Shown: positions 30,621-39,834 of the stretch, piece by piece
How positions within the stretch are numbered: position 1 is the first letter of the stretch
How the letters are laid out: each line of letters starts with the position of its first letter
Assembly (NCBI GenBank): GCA_945957375.1
Contig: CAMFKX010000002.1
Location: 3,323 to 67,322 of the forward strand
DNA from: an uncultured Roseiarcus sp.
GTDB taxonomy: Bacteria > Pseudomonadota > Alphaproteobacteria > Rhizobiales > Beijerinckiaceae
Direction of reading: 5' to 3'
DNA: 64,000 nt
Notes under the pieces: generated by a model
Told to the model about the DNA's origin: nothing
Seen by the model: the letters and a program-made list of their open reading frames with translations, nothing else
Database searches by the model: none
Program-made: the position numbers and the translations under genes

Positions 30621-31427
30621 GTGAGCGAGATCGATCTTACCGGCAAGGTCGCCCTGATCAGCGGCGGCGCGCGCGGCATCGGCGCGGAGACCGCGCGCTG
30701 TTTCGCCGGACACGGCGCGGCGGTGGTGATCGGCGACGTGCTCGACGAAGCCGGCCGCGGGACCGCCGAGGCGATCCGCCACGCCGGCGGCAAGGCCGAT
30801 TTCATCCACCACGACGTGACGAACGAGTCCGAATGGGAGGCCGCGGTCGATCACGCGATCCGAACCTTCGGCGGCCTCGAGATCCTCGTCAACAACGCCG
30901 GCGTCGAGGAGGCCGAGCACCTGGTCGACCTCGACATCGCCCGCGCGCGCCGACTGATCGACGTCAACGTCAACGGCGTGCTGCTCGGTCACAAGCACGC
31001 GGCGCGCGCCATGCGCCCTGGCGGCCCGGCGGGGCGCGGCGGCTCGATCATCAACCTGTCGTCGGTCGCCGGCTTGATCGGCACGCCCGGGCTCGGCGCC
31101 TATACCGCTTCCAAGGGCGCCGTGCGGCTCCTCTCCAAGACGGCGGCGGTCGAGTTCGGCTTTCTCGGCTACGGCGTCCGGGTCAACTCGATCCATCCCG
31201 GCTACGTCGAGACCGACATGGGCCGCAAACTGATCGACCAGTTCGTCGGCTTCGGCATGCTGCCCAACAAACTGACGGCGCATGCCGACATGGCCAGAGC
31301 CTATCCCGTCGGCCGGACCGGCGTGCCGCTCGACATCGCCCGCGCGGCGCTGTTCCTCGCCTCCGACCTCTCGAGCTTCGTCACCGGCGCCGAGATCGTC
31401 GTCGACGGCGGCATGACCGTCGCATGA
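30621..31427 (+). CDS. Short-chain dehydrogenase/reductase
   Basis: Motifs SGGARGIG, NNAG, YTASKG and RVNSIHPG. Confidence 0.92.
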   Translation: MSEIDLTGKVALISGGARGIGAETARCFAGHGAAVVIGDVLDEAGRGTAEAIRHAGGKADFIHHDVTNESEWEAAVDHAIRTFGGLEILVNNAGVEEAEHLVDLDIARARRLIDVNVNGVLLGHKHAARAMRPGGPAGRGGSIINLSSVAGLIGTPGLGAYTASKGAVRLLSKTAAVEFGFLGYGVRVNSIHPGYVETDMGRKLIDQFVGFGMLPNKLTAHADMARAYPVGRTGVPLDIARAALFLASDLSSFVTGAEIVVDGGMTVA

Positions 31428-31488
31428 CCGGCGACGCCATGGACCTTGCGGCGCGCGCGGTGTCAGCCAGCACGGCGGAGGGCGGACG

Positions 31489-32733
31489 ATGACTGTCGCG
31501 CGCAAGGGCGTCGTCATCATCTGCAACCTCGATACCCGCGGCGAGGACATCGTCTTCGTGCGCGACCTCATCCGCGCCCGCGGCCACGACGCCATTCTGG
31601 TCGACTTCAGCATGGAGGAGGCGCCGGCCGTCGCCGGCGACGTCAGCTGCGACGAGGTCGCGGCGCGCGGCGGGCTCGGCATCGAGACGGTGCGCGCCTA
31701 TTACCGAACGAACCGCGAGGCCGCGACGAACAACCAGATCGCGGGCGTCAGCGCCATCGTCGAGGATCTCAGGAAGGCCGGGCGCGTCCATGGCGTGCTG
31801 GGCATCGGCGGCGCCACCTCGACCCTCGTCTCGACCGCGATCATGCAACGCCTACCGTTCGGCATGCCCAAGGTGATGGCGACGCCGATGGCCGGCCACC
31901 CGCGCTACGTCGAAAAGGCCGTCGGCACGCGCGACATCACGATGCACAACACCGTGCTCGACATCGTCAAGATGAACCCGCTGTTGCGCGCGCAGATCGT
32001 CAACGCCGTCGGCGCCGTCTGCGGCATGGTCGAGATGACCGAAGGGACGGATTTCCGCTTCGACAGGCCCGTCGTCGCCGTCTCGTCGTTCGGTTTCGCC
32101 GAGATGGCCGGGCAGGCCGCCGTCGGCTGTCTGGAAGAAGAGGGCTTCATCCCGGTCGTCTGCCACGCCCAGGGCAAGGGCGACCGCGCGATGGAGGAGA
32201 TGATCGCCGACGGCGTGTTCGCCGGCGTGCTCGACCTCTGCATCGGCGGGGTGCTCGAGCACCTTCAGGGCGGAAACCGCGATCCGGGGCCTGACCGTCT
32301 GAAGGCCGCCGCGGAGCGAGGCGTTCCCGCCGTGCTCGCGCCCTGCGGCCTCGATTTCCTGAGCTACGGCGGGAGGCCCGACAAGTTGAAAGAGACGGAG
32401 GGACGCGCCCGCTACGTGCAGGACTCCTTCCGCGTCCAGGTGCGCAGCACGGCGGATGAATTGCGAGAGGCGGCGGACGTGGTCGCGGCGCGGCTGAACG
32501 CGTCGAACGGCCCGTTCGTGGTCCTGAACCCTCTTCGCGGCTGGTCGTCGATCGACCGCGAGGGGCGGCCGCTGTGGGACCCCCAGGCCGACGCAGCGTT
32601 CTTCCAACGCCTCAGGGACAAGCTCGCGCGCAAGGAGGCGATCGTCGACGTCGACCTCAACCTCTACGACGCCGCTTTCGCCCGGGTCGCGGTGGATCAT
32701 CTCGCCCGATTGATGCGCGGGGCGACAGGATGA
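31489..32733 (+). CDS. Tm-1-like ATP-binding domain protein (UPF0261 family)
   Basis: Motifs NLDTRGED (family LDTKGEE), LPFGMPKVMAT, SSFG...CHAQGKGDRAME and VLAPCGLD. Confidence 0.75.
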   Translation: MTVARKGVVIICNLDTRGEDIVFVRDLIRARGHDAILVDFSMEEAPAVAGDVSCDEVAARGGLGIETVRAYYRTNREAATNNQIAGVSAIVEDLRKAGRVHGVLGIGGATSTLVSTAIMQRLPFGMPKVMATPMAGHPRYVEKAVGTRDITMHNTVLDIVKMNPLLRAQIVNAVGAVCGMVEMTEGTDFRFDRPVVAVSSFGFAEMAGQAAVGCLEEEGFIPVVCHAQGKGDRAMEEMIADGVFAGVLDLCIGGVLEHLQGGNRDPGPDRLKAAAERGVPAVLAPCGLDFLSYGGRPDKLKETEGRARYVQDSFRVQVRSTADELREAADVVAARLNASNGPFVVLNPLRGWSSIDREGRPLWDPQADAAFFQRLRDKLARKEAIVDVDLNLYDAAFARVAVDHLARLMRGATG

Positions 32734-35507
32734 CCTCGGCGGCGGTGTCGAGCGACGTCGGCGCTTACAGCGGCTGGAGCGAAGCCGACGTCGTCGTGCG
32801 GACGCGTCTGAGCCCGCCCACGCGCGCCGCCGGCGCCGTCTACCGGCATCGGCTCGATCACCATGACGAGGACTTCCGCCGCCGCGCCGTCACCCTCGTC
32901 AAGGCGCCGGCGGGCTACGGCAAGTCGAGCCTGCTCGCGCAATGGTTCGAGCAGCTGCGCCAGAGCGACGCCGCCGCCGGCTGGCTGAGCCTCGACCCGA
33001 CGCCGGACGACCTCATGGGCTTCGTGCGCCATCTCGTCGCCGCGCTGCAGCGCGCCCGCCCCGAGTTCGGGCGGAAGCTCGATCTCTTCTTCGGCGCGGC
33101 GGCCCGGCCCTCGGTCGCGGGCGTCACGACGACCCTCGCCAACACCCTGGCCGCGGTCGACGAGGACCTGTTCCTGTTCATCGACGACTTTCATCTTGCG
33201 ACCGACGCCGACGTCGCCGCCGCAATGCGGGCCCTGCTCGAGAGGCCGCCGGCGAACGTCCATTTCCTCCTGTCCTCGCGCCATTCGCTGCCGTTCTCCC
33301 TGTCGCGGCTGCGCGCCAAGGGCGCGGTCGCGGAGATCGACAGCCGCGAGCTGCGCTTCGACAACCAGGAGGCGGCCGAGTTCCTGCGCACCTCGGGCCA
33401 TGGCGCGCTGTCGCTCAAGGACATCGAGACGCTGGTGTCGCAGACGGAAGGCTGGCCCGCCGGCATCCAGCTCGCGGCGATCCTGCTCGCGCAGGACCGC
33501 GACCGCGCGACGCTGTTCTCGCTGCTCGCCGGACGCCACCGCCACCTGTGCGAATATCTCACCGACGACGTGATCGACCGTCTGCCGCCGGATACGGTCG
33601 AGTTCCTCGCCCAGACCTCGATCCTGTCGCGGCTGTGCGCCGACCTCTGCGACGCGGTCACCGGCGGCAGGGACGCGCGCCGGCGCATCGACGACCTCGA
33701 ACGCCAGAGTCTGTTCCTGTTCTCGCTCGACGGGGAGCGGCTCTGGTATCGCTACCACCACCTGTTCGCGAGCATTCTCCGGCGGCGGCTCGCCGAACAG
33801 GACCCGGCGATCGAACAGGCGCTGCACCGGCGGGCCTCCGACTGGTTCGGCCGCAACGGCCTGGTCGACGAGGCGTTCGGCCACGCGCTCGACGCGGGAG
33901 ACACGGCGCGCGCAGCCGGGCTGCTCGACGAATGGTGCGACCGGCTGCTCTACAACGGCCGCCTGCCGACGGTCCTTCGCTGGGCCGACAGGCTGCCCGT
34001 CGAGGCGCTCCGGCCTTACCCGCGGGTGCGGCTGCAGGCGGCGTTCTCGCACATCCTCGAATGGCGCTTCGCGGCCGCGGCGCGGATCATCGCCGAGGTC
34101 GAGGCCGATCTGGCGCAGGGGCTCGCCCATTCCGGCGCGACCGGGCGCGCGGCCCTCGACGTCCGCCACATCGTCTCGCATCGCAAGCTGATGCTGTTTC
34201 ACTTCCAGGACGACACGCCGAACACGGAACGCATCATCCACGAGATGATCAGCGACTTCCCGGACATCGACCCCTACCTCCGGGGCAATCTCGAGACCTG
34301 CCTCATCTACGCGCGGCGCGAGAAATACCGGTTGAACAACGTCGAGCGCATGGACGTCAACGCGCGCGACTACTACGAGAAGGCCGGCAGCCTGTTCGTC
34401 GCGGTGTGGCACGAGGCGGTGCTCGGGCCGACCTACTACCTCAGCGGCGACACGCCGATGGCGGTGCGCTCGCTGGAGACCTCGATGCACACCGCCGCGC
34501 GCATCGACGGCGAGGTGTCGTCGCTCGTCGCCATGCCGGCGCTCCTGCTCGCCGATATCCTCACCGAGCGCAACGAGTGCGAGCGCGCGGCCGAGCTGAT
34601 CCGGATCTATGGGCCGGAGGGCGAGAAGCAGGGCTTCGTCGATCACCTCATCGCCTTCTTCGTCACCCGGGTCCGGCTCGCGCAGCGGGCGGGCGACGCC
34701 GAGGCGGCGAACGCGGCGATCCGCGAAGGCGGCCTTTCGGCGACGCGCCACGGCTTCGCGCGCCTCGAGAACCACATGCTGCACGAAGAGATGCGCCGCG
34801 CCGTCGCCGATGGCGATCCCGCGTCCGTCAGGCGACTCGAGGCCGCCCTCGCGGAGCGCCGGATCGAGCCGGCGTTGAACCCGGGCCCGCACACGACGAC
34901 GCGCGACGAGCCGCTGGCGATGGCCCATTGCCGCGCCCAGACGGCGCTCGGCGGGCTCTCCGAGGCGACGCGCGTCGCGCGCCGCTGGATCGCCTTCGCC
35001 AACGGCCGCGGCGCGCTGAAGACGGAAGTGCGAATGCTGGTCCTGCTCGCGGTCGCGCTGGCGCAGGACGGGCGCGAGGGCGAAGCCATGCGCTCGCTGC
35101 GCGAAGCGGTGAAGAAGGCCGCGCGGCCGCGCTTCATCCGCAGCTTCCTCGACGAGGGGCCCGTCGTCGACCAGCTGTTGCGCAGCCTTTTCGCCGGCGC
35201 GGACGCTGAACTCGGGCCGACGACGGCCTTTGGGCTCGAGCTGATCCGCGCCTTCGCCGAGGAAGGCGGCGAGCCGGCGAGCGCGCCGGCGTCCGACGCC
35301 GACGCCGGGCTGCCCGAGCCGCTGAACCTGCGCGAGTCGGAGGTCATCAAGCTCGTGTCGATGGGGCTCTCCAACCGCGAGATCGGCGCCCGGCTCGGCA
35401 TGACCGAGGGTTCGGTGAAATGGTACCTGCAAGGGGTCTTCGCCAAGCTCAACGTGCGCCGCCGCTCGATGGCGGTGTTGAAGGCGCGCAAGTTCGGGCT
35501 GGCGTAG
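32730..35507 (+). CDS. MalT-like large ATP-binding LuxR-family transcriptional activator
   Basis: Walker A APAGYGKSS, WLSLD, FIDDFH, TEGWPAG, WYRYHHLF and a C-terminal LuxR HTH (LNLRESEVIKLVSMGLSNREIG...VKWYLQGVFAKLNV). Confidence 0.92.
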   Translation: MTSAAVSSDVGAYSGWSEADVVVRTRLSPPTRAAGAVYRHRLDHHDEDFRRRAVTLVKAPAGYGKSSLLAQWFEQLRQSDAAAGWLSLDPTPDDLMGFVRHLVAALQRARPEFGRKLDLFFGAAARPSVAGVTTTLANTLAAVDEDLFLFIDDFHLATDADVAAAMRALLERPPANVHFLLSSRHSLPFSLSRLRAKGAVAEIDSRELRFDNQEAAEFLRTSGHGALSLKDIETLVSQTEGWPAGIQLAAILLAQDRDRATLFSLLAGRHRHLCEYLTDDVIDRLPPDTVEFLAQTSILSRLCADLCDAVTGGRDARRRIDDLERQSLFLFSLDGERLWYRYHHLFASILRRRLAEQDPAIEQALHRRASDWFGRNGLVDEAFGHALDAGDTARAAGLLDEWCDRLLYNGRLPTVLRWADRLPVEALRPYPRVRLQAAFSHILEWRFAAAARIIAEVEADLAQGLAHSGATGRAALDVRHIVSHRKLMLFHFQDDTPNTERIIHEMISDFPDIDPYLRGNLETCLIYARREKYRLNNVERMDVNARDYYEKAGSLFVAVWHEAVLGPTYYLSGDTPMAVRSLETSMHTAARIDGEVSSLVAMPALLLADILTERNECERAAELIRIYGPEGEKQGFVDHLIAFFVTRVRLAQRAGDAEAANAAIREGGLSATRHGFARLENHMLHEEMRRAVADGDPASVRRLEAALAERRIEPALNPGPHTTTRDEPLAMAHCRAQTALGGLSEATRVARRWIAFANGRGALKTEVRMLVLLAVALAQDGREGEAMRSLREAVKKAARPRFIRSFLDEGPVVDQLLRSLFAGADAELGPTTAFGLELIRAFAEEGGEPASAPASDADAGLPEPLNLRESEVIKLVSMGLSNREIGARLGMTEGSVKWYLQGVFAKLNVRRRSMAVLKARKFGLA

Positions 35508-35522
35508 GGGGCTTTGCGGGGT

Positions 35523-35565
35523 CGCCGACCCCGGCCGAGGCGGCGTCAGCGACGCCGCCTACAGG
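35523..35565. repeat. REP-like palindrome(s) downstream of the MalT-like gene
   Basis: Minus strand CCTGTAGGCGGCGTCGCTGACGCCGCCT at 35538-35565, with an adjacent GGGGTCGCCGACCCC palindrome. Confidence 0.65.
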
Positions 35566-35601
35566 CGGGCGGCGATCCGAGCGGCGCGGCCGCGCGAGCG
35601 C

Positions 35602-35616
35602 CAACCTTTCGATAGG
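35602..35616 (+). promoter_or_regulatory. Conserved activator box 3 (variant)
   Basis: CAACCTTTCGATAGG matches boxes 1 and 2 at 13/15 positions; a -10-like TAGGAT lies at 35638. Confidence 0.55.
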
Positions 35617-35758
35617 GGACCGACGTCCGGCGATCGTTAGGATGGAGGGAATACAGGATCGCGCCGCGCTCGCTGCGCGCGAAGCGAGGCAATCCACGGG
35701 CGCAGGAGGCCGCGGCTTCGTCCCGGCGCGCCTGGCAAAGACGGGAGAAACGCGGCCG

Positions 35759-37762
35759 ATGGTCGAGCAAAGCGAACTGCTCTGGACGCCGAGCCCCGAC
35801 TGGATCGCGAAGACCGAACTCGCCCGCTTCATGGCCTTCCTGCGCGACACGCGCGGGCTGGGCTTCACCGACTACGCCGGCCTGTGGCGCTGGTCGGTCG
35901 ACGACCTCGAGGGGTTCTGGGGTGCGGACTTCTTCGCCATCAAGGCGTCCGAGCCTTATACGCGCGTGCTCGCCTCGTCCGGGATGCCGGGCGCCCGGTG
36001 GTTTCCGGGCGCGCGACTGAACTACGCCGAACATGTGCTCAGGCGCGAGCGCCCGGGGGCGGACGCGCTGATCGCGGTCTCGGAGGATTCGCCGCCGGCC
36101 GGCGTGCCCTGGCCGGAGTTCGCCGCGAAGGTGCGCCTCGTCGCGACGCAGCTTCGCGCGCTCGGCGTCGAACCCGGCGACCGCGTCGCCTCCTACGCCC
36201 CGAACATCCCCGAGACCATGATCATGATGCTGGCCGCGACCGCGGTCGGGGCGATCTGGGCGAGCTGTTCGCCGGATTTCGGCGCCAAGGGCGTGCTCGA
36301 CCGGCTCGCGCAGCTGAAGCCGAAGATCCTGTTCTGCGTCGATGGCTATCGCTACGGCGGCAAGGCGTTCGACCGACGGGCGGAGCTTCGCGGCGTCGTC
36401 GCCGGCCTTGAAGGCCTCGACCGGGTGGTGACGCTGAAGCGGCTCGACCCCGACGCGCCCTTCGACCTCGGCGTCGCCGCGACCCGCTTCGAGGATCTGC
36501 TGGATCATCCGCCTGTGGCGGCCGAAGACTTCGCCTTCGAGCAGGTCGCCTTCGATCATCCGCTCTGGGTGCTGTTCTCCTCCGGCACGACCGGGCTGCC
36601 GAAGGCGATCGTCCACGGCCACGGCGGCATCCTGCTCGAGACCATGAAGACGCTCGCCTTCCACATGGACGTCCATGCCGGCGAGCGCGCCTTCTTCTAC
36701 ACCACGACCGGCTGGATGATGTGGAACGTGGTCGCGAGCATGCTGGCGGTCGGCGCCTGCCCGGTGCTGTACGACGGCAACCCGGCGTATCCGTCGATCG
36801 ACGCGCTGTGGCGCATGGCGGACGAATGCGGCGTCGCCTTCTTCGGCGCGAGCCCGAGCTATGTCGACATCATGCGCAAGGCCGACGTCGTGCCGAAGGA
36901 GCGCTTCGCGCTGAAGGCGCTGCGCGCCATCATGCCGGCGGGCTCGCCGGTCTCGGCCGAATGCACGGGATGGTTCTACGCCAACGTCAAGTCCGACCTC
37001 TGGATCGCCACCGGCAGCGGCGGCACCGACGTCTGCTCCGGCCTCGTCGGCGGCGTGCCGATCCTGCCGGTGCGCGCCGGCGAGATCCAGGCGCGCCAGC
37101 TCGGCGCGGCGATCGAGGCCTACGACGAGGACGGCGTCGCGGTGATCGGCGAGGTCGGCGAACTGGTCGTGACCAAGCCGCTGCCCTCGATGCCGCTCGG
37201 CTTCTGGGGCGACGAGACCGGCGCGCGCTATCGCGAGGCCTATTTCGACGTCTACCCCGGCGTCTGGCGCCACGGCGACCTCCTGCGCATCAACGAACGC
37301 GGCGGCTGCTTCGTGCTCGGCCGGTCCGACGCCACTCTCAATCGCCATGGGATCCGGATCGGCACGGCGGAAATCTATCGCACGCTCGACCACATGCCGG
37401 CGATCGCCGACGCGCTGATCATCAATCTCGACCTCGCCGACGGCGGCTTCTTCATGCCGCTGTTCGTCAAGCTCAAGCCCGGCTTCGCCCTCGACGCCGC
37501 GCTGAAGGCGGAGATCGCCGAGACGCTGAAGCGCGCCTATACGCCGCGCCACATCCCCGACGCGATCGTCGCGGTCAGGGACATCCCCTACACGCTGACC
37601 GGCAAGAAGATGGAAGTGCCGGTCCGGCGCATCCTGATGGGGACGTCTCCCGAGGCGGTTCTGAACCGCAACGCCATGTCGGACCCGCACGCGCTCGACG
37701 AATACGTCGCCTACGCCGCGGGCCGGCGCAATCGGCAACACGAGCAGGAAGCACGGGCATGA
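35759..37762 (+). CDS. Acetoacetate-CoA ligase family acyl-CoA synthetase (HpeE/AcsA-like beta-keto acid CoA ligase)
   Basis: Motifs WFPGARLNYAE, SCSPDFG, FSSGTTGLPK, YTTTGWMMWN, SGGTD, WRHGD and GRSDATLN. Confidence 0.9.
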   Translation: MVEQSELLWTPSPDWIAKTELARFMAFLRDTRGLGFTDYAGLWRWSVDDLEGFWGADFFAIKASEPYTRVLASSGMPGARWFPGARLNYAEHVLRRERPGADALIAVSEDSPPAGVPWPEFAAKVRLVATQLRALGVEPGDRVASYAPNIPETMIMMLAATAVGAIWASCSPDFGAKGVLDRLAQLKPKILFCVDGYRYGGKAFDRRAELRGVVAGLEGLDRVVTLKRLDPDAPFDLGVAATRFEDLLDHPPVAAEDFAFEQVAFDHPLWVLFSSGTTGLPKAIVHGHGGILLETMKTLAFHMDVHAGERAFFYTTTGWMMWNVVASMLAVGACPVLYDGNPAYPSIDALWRMADECGVAFFGASPSYVDIMRKADVVPKERFALKALRAIMPAGSPVSAECTGWFYANVKSDLWIATGSGGTDVCSGLVGGVPILPVRAGEIQARQLGAAIEAYDEDGVAVIGEVGELVVTKPLPSMPLGFWGDETGARYREAYFDVYPGVWRHGDLLRINERGGCFVLGRSDATLNRHGIRIGTAEIYRTLDHMPAIADALIINLDLADGGFFMPLFVKLKPGFALDAALKAEIAETLKRAYTPRHIPDAIVAVRDIPYTLTGKKMEVPVRRILMGTSPEAVLNRNAMSDPHALDEYVAYAAGRRNRQHEQEARA

Positions 37763-38535
37763 GCGCGCACGACATCTTCGACGTCCGGGGCAGGGCCGCC
37801 TTCGTGACCGGCGCCGCCGGCGGCCTAGGCCGCGCCATGGCGGAAGCGATGGCGGAGGGCGGCGCGAAGGTCGCGGCGTTCGACATCGACGCAGCCGGCC
37901 TCGCCGAGACGGCCGCCGCCCTGCGCGGCCTCGGCGCCGAGGCGATCACCTTCATCGGCGACGTCGCCGACGAGACGGCCGTCGAGGCGGCGGTCGCGGC
38001 GACGATCGACGCCTTCGGGAGTCTCGACATCCTGTTCGCCAACGCCGGCGTCGGCGATCCGGAGCCGGCCCTGCTGCACGAATATTCGACCGCGAACTGG
38101 AACCGCGTCGTGGCGATCAACCTTCAGGGCGTGTTTTACGCCGCTCGCGCCGCGCTGCGTCAGATGGTGAAGCAGGGTCACGGCAAGGTCATCGCCACCG
38201 CCTCGATGTGGGGCCTCGCCGGCTCCTCGAGCGTCTTCCCGCTGCCGGCCTACAACGCGACCAAGGGCGCGGTGGTCAACCTGACGCGCGAACTCGCCCT
38301 GCAATACGCCGAGCGCAACATCCAGGTGAACGCGATCTGCCCCGGCTTCTTCCGCACCAGGCTCGGCCCCTACGACGATCCGGAATTCGTCGCCGCGATC
38401 ACCGCCTTCACGCCGATGAAGCGGATCGCCGAGCCCGAGGAGATCAAGGGGACCGCGCTCTATCTCGCCTCGTCCGCGTCCGACTTCGTCACCGGCCTCG
38501 CTCTCGTCATCGACGGCGGCTGCATGGCGAAATGA
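37759..38535 (+). CDS. Short-chain dehydrogenase/reductase
   Basis: Motifs TGAAGGLG, ANAG, YNATKG and VNAICPG. Confidence 0.92.
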   Translation: MSAHDIFDVRGRAAFVTGAAGGLGRAMAEAMAEGGAKVAAFDIDAAGLAETAAALRGLGAEAITFIGDVADETAVEAAVAATIDAFGSLDILFANAGVGDPEPALLHEYSTANWNRVVAINLQGVFYAARAALRQMVKQGHGKVIATASMWGLAGSSSVFPLPAYNATKGAVVNLTRELALQYAERNIQVNAICPGFFRTRLGPYDDPEFVAAITAFTPMKRIAEPEEIKGTALYLASSASDFVTGLALVIDGGCMAK

Positions 38536-38694
38536 TCGCGAGGTTGAGCCGGGGCGGCGCGACCGCGCCCGCGCGGCGAAAAACCCGGGCGCGGAATCAA
38601 CCTTTTCAAGGCGTTGCGCCGGGATTCCCGGGCGAATCGCAACTCGCCGCGACGCGACAGTCGGGCAAATTGCGGACCTCCTGCCGCACGCCGC

Positions 38695-38892
38695 CCTCAT
38701 CCTGAGCTTGTCGAAGGATGATCCAGTGGCTTCGACCGTCGGCGCAACTTGGAGCGTCCTCGACAAGCTCAGGACGAGGACGGCGGCAGGGGCGGCTCGG
38801 CATGCTGGGCGCGGCATGCCGGACGCGGACCTCATCCTGAGCCTGTCGAAGGATGATCCAGGGGGCTCGACCGTCGCCGCCATCAGGACGAG
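38695..38892. repeat. Intergenic inverted/direct repeat element (CCTCATCCTGAGCTTGTCGAAGGA family)
   Basis: A copy at 38695-38726, an inverted copy at 38756-38779 forming a hairpin, and a direct copy from 38830 followed by a degenerate right arm. Confidence 0.7.
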
Positions 38893-39073
38893 ATTCGGGG
38901 ACCCTTCCCGGGTTACGGGCGGAGTCGTCGCCTGCGGATTCGGATGTCAAACAGCGGCGCGGGACGCGCAGGGGCGGCGTTTCCACAATCCCGCGATCCT
39001 AGCGATGATTTCCGTTTTTCGCAATGAATTGCCAGCCGTTCAGCCGGGCGGTCCGCGCCCTCGCCCGGCCGCT

Positions 39074-39730
39074 TCACAGCGCGAGGCGCCGCTCGGCTTC
39101 GGCGAAAGAATGGGCCGGTCTCGTGACGTCGAACCAGACCGCGTCGAGCCCGGCCGCGCGCGCGCCCTCGACGTTGCGCATCTGGTCGTCGACGAAGACG
39201 ACCCGCTCCGGCTCGGCGTTGAGCGCCGCGCAGCCGAGCGCATAGGCCCGCGGATCGGGCTTGAGGATCTTGGTGTGCGTGGCGTCGACCAGACAGTCCG
39301 TCAGGCGCAGGATGTTCAGCGCCTCCATCTCCTCCCGGCCATGGAAGAGTTCGAGCTCGTTCGACAGGATCCCGACCTTGCGCCCCGCGCGCTTCGCCCG
39401 CTCGACCGTCGCCAGCGCCTCCTTGCGGACGTGGGCGTTCGGGTCGTCGCCCGCGGCGCGGCGGGTCAGCGTCAGCATCGTCCAATCCTCGCCGACCATT
39501 CGTCCCACTTCGGCGGCGCGCTCGGCCCAGTAGCCGCGTTCGGAAATCCTGCCCTCGATCATGTCGCGCCAGAGCGGGTCGCCGTCCGGATCGAACGGCC
39601 CGCGCCAGGTCAGCGCGCCCTCGGCGAGGCCGAGAAGCCTTTCCGTCTGCCGGTGGCGTTCGAAGAGGGTGATCGAGACGACGCCGCCGAAGTCGAGCAG
39701 CAGGGCCTTGGCGACGGACGAATCGGGCAA
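39074..39730 (-). CDS. HAD-superfamily hydrolase (candidate aryl-phosphate phosphatase, HpeD/AcvF/CreD-like role)
   Basis: Motif I LLLDFGGV, LSN, KPDPRAY and motif IV VFVDD. The specific role is inferred from context. Confidence 0.85.
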   Translation of the reverse strand: MPDSSVAKALLLDFGGVVSITLFERHRQTERLLGLAEGALTWRGPFDPDGDPLWRDMIEGRISERGYWAERAAEVGRMVGEDWTMLTLTRRAAGDDPNAHVRKEALATVERAKRAGRKVGILSNELELFHGREEMEALNILRLTDCLVDATHTKILKPDPRAYALGCAALNAEPERVVFVDDQMRNVEGARAAGLDAVWFDVTRPAHSFAEAERRLAL

Positions 39731-39834
39731 AGCGCGAAATTCCCGGAAAACGATGCGATCAGGCGTCAGCCTCTAGCTTCGCGCCGATTTTCTGGCAATC
39801 GTGCAGCGGCGTCAGAACGGAACGGAGGCCGGCG

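Noticed and set aside
35920-35945. Possible two-codon deletion in the CoA ligase (FWGADFF versus the usual FWxAIWDFF)
   Set aside because: It is in frame and in a variable N-terminal region; I cannot distinguish it from natural variation without an alignment.
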